A stretch of 64,000 nt of DNA. Origin: a virus (taxonomy: Duplodnaviria > Caudoviricetes). The stretch is from IMG/VR virus record IMGVR_UViG_3300022923_000005, positions 68,572 to 132,571 of that record, one strand, 5' to 3'. The translations under genes and the position numbers were made by a program. A model generated the notes under the pieces. That model was given only the letters and a program-made list of their open reading frames with translations. It was not told the origin of the DNA and searched no databases. Shown here piece by piece: positions 46,744 through 58,300 of the stretch (within the stretch, counting starts at the first letter, position 1; the number at the start of each line of letters is the position of its first letter).

Positions 46744-49509
46744 GTGGCTGCCGAATTCACTGAACGCAGAATACAAAGCAATGGTAACACTGTCAATTTT
46801 AATATTGACCGAAGCCAGCCGTATGTTGATGTTCAGAAGAACGGCCAAACTCAAAGAATATACGGAACGCAGGAACAACTAGACAGATATCAAAACAAAA
46901 AACCAGATGGTACAGCAGCGTTACCAGGCTCTATTAAAACAAAAGTTAATACAGGTAAAGCATTAGTAAAAGATGCAAAAACAAAAATTACAGAAGCAGT
47001 ACCATTAGTGGATGACTTTGCAGATTTTAATTCTGCTCTTCCTGAAGATTTTAGTATAGATGCACTTGTTGAAAATTTAGATAATTTATCTAGGAAAAAA
47101 CAATTAGGAAATAGTCCAAGTAAATTTCCAAATCCACTAGAACAATTTGCATCAATGGTTCCTTTATGGACGTTGGCAGTGCTTACTCCTAAACAATTTA
47201 ATAAACCGTCAGAATACAGAACAGACGACCTTAGTTTTGCAGAACAGACAGATCCAAGACGTGTTGCGGCAGGCAAAGATGATCAAAATATAGAAACAGT
47301 AATAGACTTAGAAAGTTCTATTATATTTTCAAGTGCTGGTAGGGCTGATAACACTCGTGCAAAAGTATTTGGTGTTGCTTCACCTGAATACTATATTGAT
47401 AATTTTAAAATGATGTCAGTAGTTGCACCTACACCTGCAACAGGAAACACTAACGCAATAAGTTTTGAATTTGATGTAATGGAACCTTATAGTATGGGAT
47501 TACTTTTACAAAGTATGCAAAGTGCTTCGCTAAAAGCAGGATATCCAGATTATCTAATGGCTCCGTTTTTACTTAGATTAGATTTCAAAGGATACGATGA
47601 AAGAGGCAGGATTATTAAAAGTTTAAAACCTAAACACTTTGTTTTAAAATTTAAAAAAGTTGAATTCAATGTTTCTGAAGGTGGTAGTCAATATTCTGTA
47701 CAAGCATATCCTTATAATCACCAAGGCTTTGCTGACACAGTAGATATGTTATGGCAAGATATTAGTATTGCTCCTGAACCTGACAAAGAGGCAACAGTTT
47801 ATAGTATATTAGGTGATCCAGATAATCCTAAAAGTTTAGTTCGTACTCTAAATGATAATGAACAAAAATTAGTAAATCAAGGAAAGTATAAAATTAAAGA
47901 TCAGTACGAAATACAGTTTCCTGAAAGAACATACGACTTTAAAGGAATATTGCCAACTAAAAAGGAAGATAACGTAAGTTTTGATCCGTATGGAGATCCT
48001 GTGAAGCAAAGTGTAGGTGGCAAAGGTGCTGCTGGTCAAGGTTTCGTAGATGCTGGTAAAAATCCTATAGGCGAAAGTACATTTGATTACAGTCCTAAAA
48101 AAGGCGGTAACTTTGCTTTTAGAAAAGAAGATGATGTAGTTAATGAAGAAACTGGCAGAATTGAAAGAGGTAAGTTAACAATTAATCCTAAAGAACGTGT
48201 GTTTAACTTTTCTCAGAAAATGAAATTAAGTGATATTATCACACAGACTATTTTAAGCAGTGAACAAAGTGCAAGAGCAGTAAATGGCGAACTACCATTA
48301 ACAGCAGAAGGTTATGTTAATTGGTTTAGAATAGATGTGCAGATTGAATTTTTAGATTATGACGACAGCATTGGCGATTATGCTAAAAAATACACATATA
48401 GAGTTGTACCATATCTAGCTCACGCTAGTGTGTTTGGAAACAGCACTGCTAAACCACCAGGTCAAAAAGAATTAAAAAAACAAATTGTAAAAGAATACAA
48501 TTACATTTACACAGGACAGAATGCAGATATAATAGACTTTGATATCAAAATTAACAATTTATTTTATACTGGTATAAATCCTGCTGTTGAAGGTAACACA
48601 CAAAGTCAAAGCGACAATGATGGCGGCGGTACAGGCACTGACAAAACCAAAGATGTTTCGGCCACTACCGGCACAGACAAAAAAGCACAGATTGCTAATT
48701 TAGGAAAAACAAAAGCCAAAAAAGATCCTGATATGTTTAATGTTCTGAAAGGTGGTTCAGGTACACAATCTGTTGAACAAAGAGTTGCTGAAAACTTTCA
48801 CAATGCATTAATAAAAAATGCAAGTGCTGATCTTATTAAAGTTGATTTAAAAATATTAGGAGATACTTTTTGGTTAGTTGAAAGTGGATTAAGTAATTAC
48901 TTTGTACAAGCAAAACCGGCATCCCAATATATGGCAGACGGAACTTGTAATTATGAAGGCAACGATGTATTCATAAGAATTAATTTTAGAACTCCTATAG
49001 ATGTAAACGGAGCCGCTGGCACTGGAGATAAACCAGATGGACTTTATTCATTTAGCAAAGCAACTACACTAAGTCCGTTTAGCGGAATATATAGAGTTTT
49101 TAAACTTGAGAATGAATTTAGCGGTGGACTGTTTACACAAGTATTAAGTTGTGTAAGAATGCAAGGTCAAGAAGAAGATTTTGATGGAGACGCAGTCAAA
49201 GAAGAAGCCGGAACTAATGCACTTGCAAGTAAAATAGGACCAGAAAAAGAAAATAAAACAAATGTATCACAAGAACTTCCAATGTCTAATAAACTTGCAG
49301 AGATATTTGGTCTAGAAAGTATAAAAGAATTACAAGAAAAATATCCTGCAGGTCCTGCAGACAAACCCAAAGTACCTGAAGGACCTGTCATTACTGAAAG
49401 AAGAAGACAATCTAACGGTACACTTGTTAATTTTAACATTGACAGAACAAAACCATTTACCGATACAACAGATGCAGATGGTAATATATTAAGGATTTAC
49501 GAAAACTAG
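46744..49509 (+). CDS. Baseplate hub protein (gp27-like), 921 aa
   Basis: GTG start after AGGAG; I.GD, SG.Y.V....N.FSGG.FTQ.L near the C-terminus; located between gp53-like and gp5-like genes. Confidence 0.55.
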   Translation: MAAEFTERRIQSNGNTVNFNIDRSQPYVDVQKNGQTQRIYGTQEQLDRYQNKKPDGTAALPGSIKTKVNTGKALVKDAKTKITEAVPLVDDFADFNSALPEDFSIDALVENLDNLSRKKQLGNSPSKFPNPLEQFASMVPLWTLAVLTPKQFNKPSEYRTDDLSFAEQTDPRRVAAGKDDQNIETVIDLESSIIFSSAGRADNTRAKVFGVASPEYYIDNFKMMSVVAPTPATGNTNAISFEFDVMEPYSMGLLLQSMQSASLKAGYPDYLMAPFLLRLDFKGYDERGRIIKSLKPKHFVLKFKKVEFNVSEGGSQYSVQAYPYNHQGFADTVDMLWQDISIAPEPDKEATVYSILGDPDNPKSLVRTLNDNEQKLVNQGKYKIKDQYEIQFPERTYDFKGILPTKKEDNVSFDPYGDPVKQSVGGKGAAGQGFVDAGKNPIGESTFDYSPKKGGNFAFRKEDDVVNEETGRIERGKLTINPKERVFNFSQKMKLSDIITQTILSSEQSARAVNGELPLTAEGYVNWFRIDVQIEFLDYDDSIGDYAKKYTYRVVPYLAHASVFGNSTAKPPGQKELKKQIVKEYNYIYTGQNADIIDFDIKINNLFYTGINPAVEGNTQSQSDNDGGGTGTDKTKDVSATTGTDKKAQIANLGKTKAKKDPDMFNVLKGGSGTQSVEQRVAENFHNALIKNASADLIKVDLKILGDTFWLVESGLSNYFVQAKPASQYMADGTCNYEGNDVFIRINFRTPIDVNGAAGTGDKPDGLYSFSKATTLSPFSGIYRVFKLENEFSGGLFTQVLSCVRMQGQEEDFDGDAVKEEAGTNALASKIGPEKENKTNVSQELPMSNKLAEIFGLESIKELQEKYPAGPADKPKVPEGPVITERRRQSNGTLVNFNIDRTKPFTDTTDADGNILRIYEN

Positions 49510-51270
49510 ATGGCACAAGATAAAAGAACTAGATATGATAGAACACGTGGTGTTGGATTAGGCTCCGGAGTCTATGTTGCTAAAGTTGTTAGTACAATGG
49601 ATCCTACATTTAACGGCAGACTTAAAGTAACTTTATTGAAAGCGCAAGGTAACGATGTAGGTACAGAAAATCAAACCTATCTTGTAAATTACGCTTCACC
49701 GTTTTTTGGAGTAACACCATTCGAAGGAATGGGTCTCAATGAAAATGATTTTAATGATACACAAAAGTCATATGGTATGTGGGCTATTCCACCAGACGTT
49801 GGTGTAAGAGTTCTTGTTCTGTTTGCAGATGGTGATCCTGGAAGGGGTTATTGGTTCGCTTGTGTTCCGCCTAATTTTGCTAATCATATGGTACCTGCAA
49901 TAGGTGCAACAACAAATGTTGCAATATCACCGGAAGATAAAAAAAGATACAACACAGATCAACCGTTACCGGTAGGAGAAATTAATAAAACTTTTAATTC
50001 TAGTGAAAAAGGCAATTTAGAAATTGATGCTGAAAAAATTAAAAAACCTGTTCATCCTATTGCAGATAGATTTTTAAGACAAGGTACTATCGAAGATGAT
50101 GTAAGAGGTCCTAGTGTAAGTAGTGCTAGACGTCAAGTGCCAAATACAGTATTTGGTATTTCTACACCAGGTCCGTTAGATTACAGTCAAGGCAGTAAGC
50201 GTATGGCAATTGGACCTGCAGAATCGCAAACACCTACTCCTATTCCTATCAGTAGACTAGGTGGTACACAATTTGTAATGGATGATGGAGATGATAGATA
50301 TCAACGTAAAACTGCACCCGGTGTAGGTCCTGTAGAATATGCAGATATTAATGCAGGAGAAAAAGGCATACCTGATCTTCCGTACAACGAATACACAAGA
50401 CTTAGAACACGTACAGGACATCAATTATTACTACACAATTCTGAGGACCTAATTTATCTTACAAATTCAGGCGGCACGGCTTGGATCGAAATGACCAGTA
50501 ATGGTAAAATAGATATTTACGGTGCAGATAGTATTAGTGTGCATAGTGAAAATGATCTCAACATAAGAGCAGACAGAGATGTAAACATAGAAGCAGGTAG
50601 AAACATCAATATGAAAGCGACTGCTGAGTATGTTTCTCCTGATGAATTACACCGCAGAGCAGAAGGAGATACAAAAGTTATTCCTAAAATTGTTGATGGC
50701 GATGAAATTGAAAGTGGTAGAATACAAATTGAAAGTGCATTTAACACAAACATACTGATAGGTGCAAATGGAAGGATTGAAACACGCTTGTATGAGAATC
50801 AAGAAGAAGTTCCAACAAGTGGTGATTTAGATATTCTTGTTGCAGGAAATTATAGACATACTATCGGTGGCACAACAGATATAAACACAATAGGTGACAG
50901 GTCAGATACACAAGCCAATTGGGATATAAACACAGGCGGATATAATTATCTTACTTCAGGTGCAAACACAGAAGTTGCAGCCGGCGGCGATATTATTATG
51001 TCAGCAAGTCCTAACATACACTTAAATGGACCTGCTGCAACTGGTGCAGCACTTGCAGATTCTGCACAATCTATTGCAGATCTAATTACACACGATAACC
51101 TATTCACTAATACTGTTTCAGAATGGAATCCTACAAAATATCAACAAGGTGCTTTCAACAGTATTATGAAACGTATACCAATGCACGAACCTTGGGCATT
51201 GCACGAAAACCAAACACCTGATATCTTACAACCTGCTAACACAGATAGAGAAAGACCGAGCGAGGAATAA
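49510..51270 (+). CDS. gp5: Baseplate central spike (gp5/VgrG-like)
   Basis: OB-fold DP...GRLKV, P.VG..VLV.FADGD...GYW; RTRTGHQ..L; beta-helix repeats; no lysozyme domain evident. Confidence 0.75.
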   Translation: MAQDKRTRYDRTRGVGLGSGVYVAKVVSTMDPTFNGRLKVTLLKAQGNDVGTENQTYLVNYASPFFGVTPFEGMGLNENDFNDTQKSYGMWAIPPDVGVRVLVLFADGDPGRGYWFACVPPNFANHMVPAIGATTNVAISPEDKKRYNTDQPLPVGEINKTFNSSEKGNLEIDAEKIKKPVHPIADRFLRQGTIEDDVRGPSVSSARRQVPNTVFGISTPGPLDYSQGSKRMAIGPAESQTPTPIPISRLGGTQFVMDDGDDRYQRKTAPGVGPVEYADINAGEKGIPDLPYNEYTRLRTRTGHQLLLHNSEDLIYLTNSGGTAWIEMTSNGKIDIYGADSISVHSENDLNIRADRDVNIEAGRNINMKATAEYVSPDELHRRAEGDTKVIPKIVDGDEIESGRIQIESAFNTNILIGANGRIETRLYENQEEVPTSGDLDILVAGNYRHTIGGTTDINTIGDRSDTQANWDINTGGYNYLTSGANTEVAAGGDIIMSASPNIHLNGPAATGAALADSAQSIADLITHDNLFTNTVSEWNPTKYQQGAFNSIMKRIPMHEPWALHENQTPDILQPANTDRERPSEE

Positions 51271-51273
51271 ACA

Positions 51274-51711
51274 ATGGCAAACATATACAACAAAAAAGCA
51301 GTTGCAGTAAACAAAGCGTCCGTTGGCGATCAAACTTCTTCAACTTTTACATATAAAGGTTTTAGCAGTCAAAACCCTAAACAAGGCTTTAAACTGTATG
51401 ATATAGACTTAGTAAAACAGGATCTAATTAATCATTTTTATATTAAAAAAGGAGAAAAACTGCAAAATCCTGAATTTGGAACAATTATCTGGGATATGAT
51501 TTTTGAACCATTTACTGAAGAAACTAAAAAATTAATAGCAGACGATGTCGAAACTATTGTAAATTACGATCCTAGAGTTGTAGTTGACAGCGTTTCTATC
51601 GATAGCACAGAGATGGGTATGAGAATTGAAGCAAGTGTTACATATCTACCTTTCAACGTAAGTGATAGAATGACATTTGATTTTGACAGAACAACGTCAA
51701 CAATTAAGTAA
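51274..51711 (+). CDS. gp25: Baseplate wedge subunit (gp25-like)
   Basis: KGEKLQNPEFGT.IW..IFEP, YDPRV. Confidence 0.88.
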   Translation: MANIYNKKAVAVNKASVGDQTSSTFTYKGFSSQNPKQGFKLYDIDLVKQDLINHFYIKKGEKLQNPEFGTIIWDMIFEPFTEETKKLIADDVETIVNYDPRVVVDSVSIDSTEMGMRIEASVTYLPFNVSDRMTFDFDRTTSTIK

Positions 51712-51728
51712 GCAGTTAATGAATAACG

Positions 51729-51735
51729 CTAAATA
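51729..51735 (+). promoter_or_regulatory. Late promoter CTAAATA
   Basis: Intergenic, upstream of 51756. Confidence 0.6.
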
Positions 51736-51755
51736 TTACTAAGGAATAGGACGCA

Positions 51756-54700
51756 ATGAGCACTACAGCAAGACAAAACAATTTAATACTTAACGAGGAC
51801 TGGACTCGTATCTATCAGACGTTTCGTAACGCTGATTTCAAGTCTTATGACTTTGAAAACTTGCGTAGAGTTATTATTACATACTTGCGTGAAAATTATC
51901 CAGAAGATTTTAACGATTACATTGAAAGTTCTGAGTATCTAGCACTGATTGATGCAGTAGCATTCTTAGGACAAAGCCTTTCATTTAGACTTGACCTTGC
52001 AAGTAGAGAAAACTTTATTGAATTAGCAGAGCGTAAAGAAAGTGTTTTACGTATTGGTAAGATGCTGTCATACAATGCAAAACGTAACACACCAGCAAAA
52101 GGCCTATTGAAGTTTGTAAACGTTGCAACTACAGAAGATATTACAGATAGCAACGGTCGCAACCTAGCACAACAAGTAGTTCGTTGGAATGATCCAACAA
52201 ATACAAACTGGGCAGAACAATTTATTTTAGTTTTAAATGCTGCTATGAGTGATAACACAGAATTTGGCAGAAGTCAAGGCACTGCAAACATACAGAATAT
52301 TCCTACAGAACAATATAGATTTAGATCTTTTTCAGCAGATGTTCCAATTTTTTCTTTTAGCAAATCTGTTGCAGGAAGGAATATGGCATTTGAATTGGTA
52401 AGCACATCATTTAAAGATGCAGAAGAAATTTACGAGGAATCACCAACACCAGGCAACCAACTAGGATTTGTTTATCGTCAAGATGGACAAGGTCCAGGCA
52501 GTGCAAACACAGGATTTTACTTACAGTTTAAACAGGGTTCTTTAGAACTAGCAGATTTTAATATAGATGTACCGACAACAAATGAAAAAGTTGCTGTTGA
52601 AAGTCAGAACATTAATAATGACGATGTTTGGTTGTATTCATTAGATGCAAATGGCGGCCAAGGATCTGAATGGTTAAAAGTTTCCAACCTTGTTGGAAAC
52701 AATATTGCTTACAATAGTATTGTTGGCGGTAACAGAAATATCTATGCTGTTGATACAAAAGAGAATGATACAGTTGATTTAGTATTTGCAGATGGTGTAT
52801 ACGGAAATTTACCACAAGGTAATTTTAGAACTTACTATAGAGTGAGTAATGGATTAAGTTACACAATTAGTCCTAATGAACTGCGTGGGATTAATATTAC
52901 AGTTCCATACTTAAACAAAGCAGGACAAAGACATAGTATAACAATTGGTTTAGCACTACAGCAGTCAGTAAGCACTGCTGCTCCTTCGGAGTCTATAGAC
53001 AGCATCAGACAGAATGCTCCTGCACAATATTATACACAGAATAGAATGATTACAGGAGAAGATTATAATCTTGCTCCGTTGTCAACATCACAAAATATTT
53101 TAAAAGTAAAAAGTGTAAACAGAACATCAAGCGGCATCTCACGTAACATTGACATTATTGATGCAAGTGGAAAGTATGGTTCATTAAATGTATTTGGTGA
53201 TGATGGATATATTTACAAACAGGAATCAGAAAAAACTTTAAGTTTCAAATTTACAAGCAGAACTGATATTATTAATTTTATTAAAAATAAAATTGAAAAA
53301 GTGTTTTCAGATACCGATGTGTATAATTTTTATATTACAAGATTTGAAAAAATTCTTTTCTCAGAAACTACTATTGAGTGGAACAGTGTTACAAACGATA
53401 CTAACATTGGCACAGGTTACTTTATTAACAATATTGATTTAAGTTTACTTAAAGTAGGAACATACGCTACAAACAACTTGAAATATGTTTTGCCAGGTGC
53501 AAGTATCAAATTTACAGCACCAGAAGGTTTCCACTTTATGACAGGCCAAAATAATAAACTAATGGAGGGTGATGCAGATCATCCAGGCAGTTCGACTTAC
53601 GTATGGGCTAAAGTACAAAATGTAATTGGTGACGGAACAAACGCAGGCAGAGGAGTGCTTTCGACAGGATTAGGACCAATAACATTTAGTGAAAACATTC
53701 CAACAGGTGCAATTGCAAATAGAATAGTTCCAAAGTTTGTCTCAGATATTAATGACGCTATTGAAACGCAAATGACTAATATTGCATTTGCTAATTTAAA
53801 CTTTGGTTTAAGATATGATATTAACACAGCGCAGTGGAAAATTATTCAAGCAGAAAACTTAGATTTAACAAGTGCATTTAGTTTAGGTAAAGCAGGAGAT
53901 ATATCAAGTGAAAACTTAGATGCGTCTTGGATTATTGCATTTGTAAAAGATAACGATCAATATGTTGTAAGAGTAAGAAAACTTGATTATGTTTTTGGTA
54001 GCGTTGCACAAAACAGATTTTACTTTGATAAAAATGATAAAGCATACAACAATATTACAGGCAAACTTGAAAAAGATTCTGTAAAAGTTTTAGGCATTAA
54101 TAATCAAAGTAGTGGTGTAGGATCGTTGTTGAACGATTATACATTTGAGGTGTCAGATACTATACAGTTTGATGACGGATATGAATCTAGTCAAGAAATT
54201 AAACTGTCATTTAGTGACAAAGACAGCGACGGAGTTGTTGACGATCCCCAATCATTTGAAAATATTGTTGGTACTGATTTAGATTTAAACTTTCTATTCT
54301 TTAAGGAAGAAGCAGATGCGTATGGAACAAGTATTTTTAATCTTGTAGATAATAGCAATAATACTATTGTTGTAGCACAAAGAGAATCACAAGTTAATAT
54401 TAACGATTATACAGACGGCCAGTTAATTTATTTTTACGATGACAATGAAGATAGAGTCAAAAGCGTAAACAAATCAACAAACACTCTAAACCTTGAAACT
54501 ACTTACAAAGCAGAAATAGGAAGACGAGATCTTAAGTTTCAATATACTCACGCTGCAAGTACAGACAGAAGAATTGATCCTAGTGTAACAAACATTGTTG
54601 ATATCTTTATTTTAACAAGAGCATATGATACATCATTTAGAAATTTCCTTGCAGGAGTTGGACAACAGCCAGATGAACCTACGTCGGAAGATTTAAGAAT

Positions 54701-55355
54701 TGCTTTTGGTAGCGGATTAAATCAGATAAAAGCAATAAGTGATGAAATAATTTATCATCCTGTAAAATATAAAGTATTATTTGGGCAAACTGCTGATCCA
54801 AAAGTACAAGCACAATTTAAAGTTGTTAAGAATCCTAATAGAACAATCAACGATAATAATTTAAAAGTTAGAATTGTAAATGCTATGAATACTTTCTTTA
54901 GTATTAATAACTGGGACTTCGGTGATAGATTTTATCTTAGTGAATTAACAGCATATGTTATCAATGTAGTTTCGCCAGACGTTACAAATTTTGTAATTCT
55001 ACCAAGAGACCCAGCACAAGTATTTGGAAGTTTATTTGAAATACAAAGTAAACCAGATGAAATCTTTGTAAGCGGAGCGTCGGTTGATGACGTTAAAATA
55101 GTAACTAGCATTACTGCTGCAGAAATTAGAGCCAGCGCAGGTACAGTTGTAACTGATTCAGGCTCGAACACAACAACAAGTTCTACTAGCACTACTGTAC
55201 AGGCTGCAAGGACTGCAAGTTCTTCAAGTGCTATAACCACTTCAACAACTCCACCAAGTAGTTCAAGTAGCTCAAGCTCAAGTAGCTCAAGCTCAAGTAG
55301 CTCTAGCGGGTCAAGTGGCTCAAGTGGATCTAGCGGCGGAGGCTCTAGTTATTAA
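51756..55355 (+). CDS. gp6: Baseplate wedge protein (gp6-like), extended, with Ser-rich tail
   Basis: DF..YDFE.LR, F.DGVYG.LP, ESIDSIRQNAP..YYTQNRMIT.EDY. Confidence 0.8.
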   Translation: MSTTARQNNLILNEDWTRIYQTFRNADFKSYDFENLRRVIITYLRENYPEDFNDYIESSEYLALIDAVAFLGQSLSFRLDLASRENFIELAERKESVLRIGKMLSYNAKRNTPAKGLLKFVNVATTEDITDSNGRNLAQQVVRWNDPTNTNWAEQFILVLNAAMSDNTEFGRSQGTANIQNIPTEQYRFRSFSADVPIFSFSKSVAGRNMAFELVSTSFKDAEEIYEESPTPGNQLGFVYRQDGQGPGSANTGFYLQFKQGSLELADFNIDVPTTNEKVAVESQNINNDDVWLYSLDANGGQGSEWLKVSNLVGNNIAYNSIVGGNRNIYAVDTKENDTVDLVFADGVYGNLPQGNFRTYYRVSNGLSYTISPNELRGINITVPYLNKAGQRHSITIGLALQQSVSTAAPSESIDSIRQNAPAQYYTQNRMITGEDYNLAPLSTSQNILKVKSVNRTSSGISRNIDIIDASGKYGSLNVFGDDGYIYKQESEKTLSFKFTSRTDIINFIKNKIEKVFSDTDVYNFYITRFEKILFSETTIEWNSVTNDTNIGTGYFINNIDLSLLKVGTYATNNLKYVLPGASIKFTAPEGFHFMTGQNNKLMEGDADHPGSSTYVWAKVQNVIGDGTNAGRGVLSTGLGPITFSENIPTGAIANRIVPKFVSDINDAIETQMTNIAFANLNFGLRYDINTAQWKIIQAENLDLTSAFSLGKAGDISSENLDASWIIAFVKDNDQYVVRVRKLDYVFGSVAQNRFYFDKNDKAYNNITGKLEKDSVKVLGINNQSSGVGSLLNDYTFEVSDTIQFDDGYESSQEIKLSFSDKDSDGVVDDPQSFENIVGTDLDLNFLFFKEEADAYGTSIFNLVDNSNNTIVVAQRESQVNINDYTDGQLIYFYDDNEDRVKSVNKSTNTLNLETTYKAEIGRRDLKFQYTHAASTDRRIDPSVTNIVDIFILTRAYDTSFRNFLAGVGQQPDEPTSEDLRIAFGSGLNQIKAISDEIIYHPVKYKVLFGQTADPKVQAQFKVVKNPNRTINDNNLKVRIVNAMNTFFSINNWDFGDRFYLSELTAYVINVVSPDVTNFVILPRDPAQVFGSLFEIQSKPDEIFVSGASVDDVKIVTSITAAEIRASAGTVVTDSGSNTTTSSTSTTVQAARTASSSSAITTSTTPPSSSSSSSSSSSSSSSSSGSSGSSGSSGGGSSY
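55257..55350 (+). repeat. Poly-Ser/Gly coding repeat (TCAAGTAGCTCAAGC units)
   Basis: 15-nt unit repeated about 2.7 times at 55263-55303. Confidence 0.8.
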
Positions 55356-58300
55356 TGGCAGATAAAAAAGTTTACCCAGACAGTAAGATTCCTATTAGAA
55401 AAACATCAGAGTTCCTACCTGATATTTTTAAGACAGAAGCCAATGATAAATTTTTGGCAGGTGTCGTTGATCCTTTAATACAGCCTGGAGCAACAGATAA
55501 ACTAGTTGGATATATTGGTCGTAGATATGGTAAAACATATAATTCTAAAGACATTTATTTAGATGATGACGATACCTTGCGCAGTAGGTATCAGTTAGAA
55601 CCAGGTGTAACTATTGAAAAAGATCGTAAAATTGAAAACTTTCACGATTATATAGATTTAAAAAATATTTTAACATTTTTTGGAAACTATAATGGTCGTG
55701 ATGATATTATCAACAAGCAAGAACATTACAGTTGGAATCCACCTATTGACTGGGATAAGTTTACAAACTATAGAGAATATTTTTGGGCACCGCAAGGACC
55801 GCCCTCGGTCTCTGTATTTGGACAAAGCAGTGCAGTTACATCTACATATAAAGTAACAACTAGTATAGGTAGCACTTGGATTTTTACACCAGACGGTGCA
55901 ACTAACAATCCAAACATTGTTTTATATAGAGGACAAACATATAGGTTTGAAGTAAACAGTCCTACAGAAGGATTTGTTATTAGAACAAACTATGACACAG
56001 GTAGTTTAATTTATAATCCGCAAATTACTTACTTTGTAGGTGACTATGCAATATTCGATGATAAACTATGGCGTGCAAAAGTAGATGTGTCACCGGCAGA
56101 CGGCAGTAGTATTTCTGTTGATTCACAAGACTGGGAATTGGTAGATGATAATGCTGTTTTAGATTCATTGACTTATGGCGGCGGCATTACAAATAATGGT
56201 GCAAAAAGAGGCGTTGTAACATTTAAGGTGCCTATGGACGCACCTGACATTTTATATTATCAAAGTGATGTTGATCCAAATAGGCTTGGACAATTTATTA
56301 TAGGTAATATTGAAGACGCAACATTTATTGATCCTGAATTAGAAATTATTGGCAAAAAAGATTACACAAGTGCAAACGGTGTAACACTTACTAATGGCTT
56401 AGTAATTGAATTTAGAGGGCAAGTAGCACAAGAGAAATATGCAGAAGGTACTTGGTTAGTAGAAGGAGTAGGCAAAGAGATTTCACTTACTAAATTTACT
56501 GATTTGATTCCGCCAAGCGTTACATCTACTACACCTGAAATACTTTTTGATAATGAAGGTTTTGATAGCCAACCCTATGATGATGCTACACAGTTTCCTG
56601 GAAGTAAAGATTATATTACTATTAATAGAACAAGTAGAGATTTAAACCCTTGGAGTAGATATAATAGATGGTTCCATAGAAGTGTTTTAGAATATTCACA
56701 TCAGCAACGAGGCGTAGAGTTTGAGGCTACAGAAGATACTAGAGCAAAGCGTCCTATTATTGAATTCCATCCTAATATTCAATTGTTTAATCACGGCGGT
56801 GTAAGTAAACAAACTGTTGACTATATTGATGACTACACTACAGACATTTTTTCTAAGATAGAAGGTAGTACAGGTTACAGTGTTGACGGAGAATTTTTAT
56901 TCGAAGGTGCAAGAGTACTTGTTATTGCTGACACTGATAATTTAGCAAACAATAAAATTTATGAAGTAAGATTTATTACACACAACGGACGTAAGCAAAT
57001 TAATCTACGTGAAGCAGCAGATGCAGATAGTGCTGAAAATGAATGTTTACTTGTAAGACGTGGTAATGTAAATGCAGGACTGATGTTCCATTACAACGGT
57101 TCTAAGTGGGTACCTAGTCAACCTAAAACAAATGTAAACCAATATCCGTTGTTTGATCTTTATGATGCAGATGGAAATAGTTTTGGTGATCAAAATGTTT
57201 ATCCGGTTACTACATTTAGAGGAACACCTATTATAAGTTATGCTGTAGGTTCTGGAAGAACAGATACAGAGCTAGGATTTAAATTAAAGTACCTAAACAT
57301 TAACAATGTTGGTGATATTACATTTGACTGGAACTTGGATAAAGATTCATTTCAATACACACAATTGCAGGATACAATTACAGTACCAGTTAATAAAGGT
57401 TATCTAAAAATTGAAGGTGCATATGATAACGGTTGGACAAAAACTAATGACAAATATTTACAACCTATTATTAACACAGTAAAAATTGTTGAAGATGGTA
57501 TAAGCACAATTGACTGGACTAACACAATTGATTGGACCACAGTTACAGATAAATTAGAAATTTGTTTTTACAAAAACGGCTTAAAGTTTGATGAATCATT
57601 TACAAGAAATGTTTCTTTGTTTACATTTGAAAATGAATTTGCTGTAGGTGATGTTGTTACAATTAAAATTATTGATGATGTTGTGCCTGGTACAGGGTAC
57701 TATGAATTTCCTGTAGGATTAGAAAAGAATCCACTTAATACACAAGTAAAAGAATTTACTCTTGGACAGGCAACCGACCACTTAGTTAGTTCGCTAGAAT
57801 ATAACAAAGACTTTACAGGAACAGTTCCGGGCGTTTCAAATCTAAGAGATTTATCAGGTTTTCAAAGTTACACAAAAAGATTTCTAAAGCACAGTGGTGT
57901 TGCAGCAGCGTCAGTTACACTACTTAATGATAGAAATTATAATTTAATTAAATCTATTCAATATGCTAAAAAGGCATACAGTGTTTTTAAAGATAATTTT
58001 ATAAAGAAGGCATCTGAGATTGAGTTTGAAGATGTACCAGCAAACTTTGTTGATAATATTATTGAAGAACTTACAAGAACTAAAAGTGTAGCAAGTCCTT
58101 TTGCTGATACAGATGTAATGGGCTCAGGAGCATTTACAAGTATTGATTACGAAGTTGATGATGTAGGTATTACAACATTTGCATTAAGCACTGCGTTTGA
58201 TATTAATGCACTTAATAGAAAAGCAGTATATGTTTATATTAATGATAGACAACTACTACTTAACAGTGAATACACAATTGATTCAACATTTGCATTTGTA

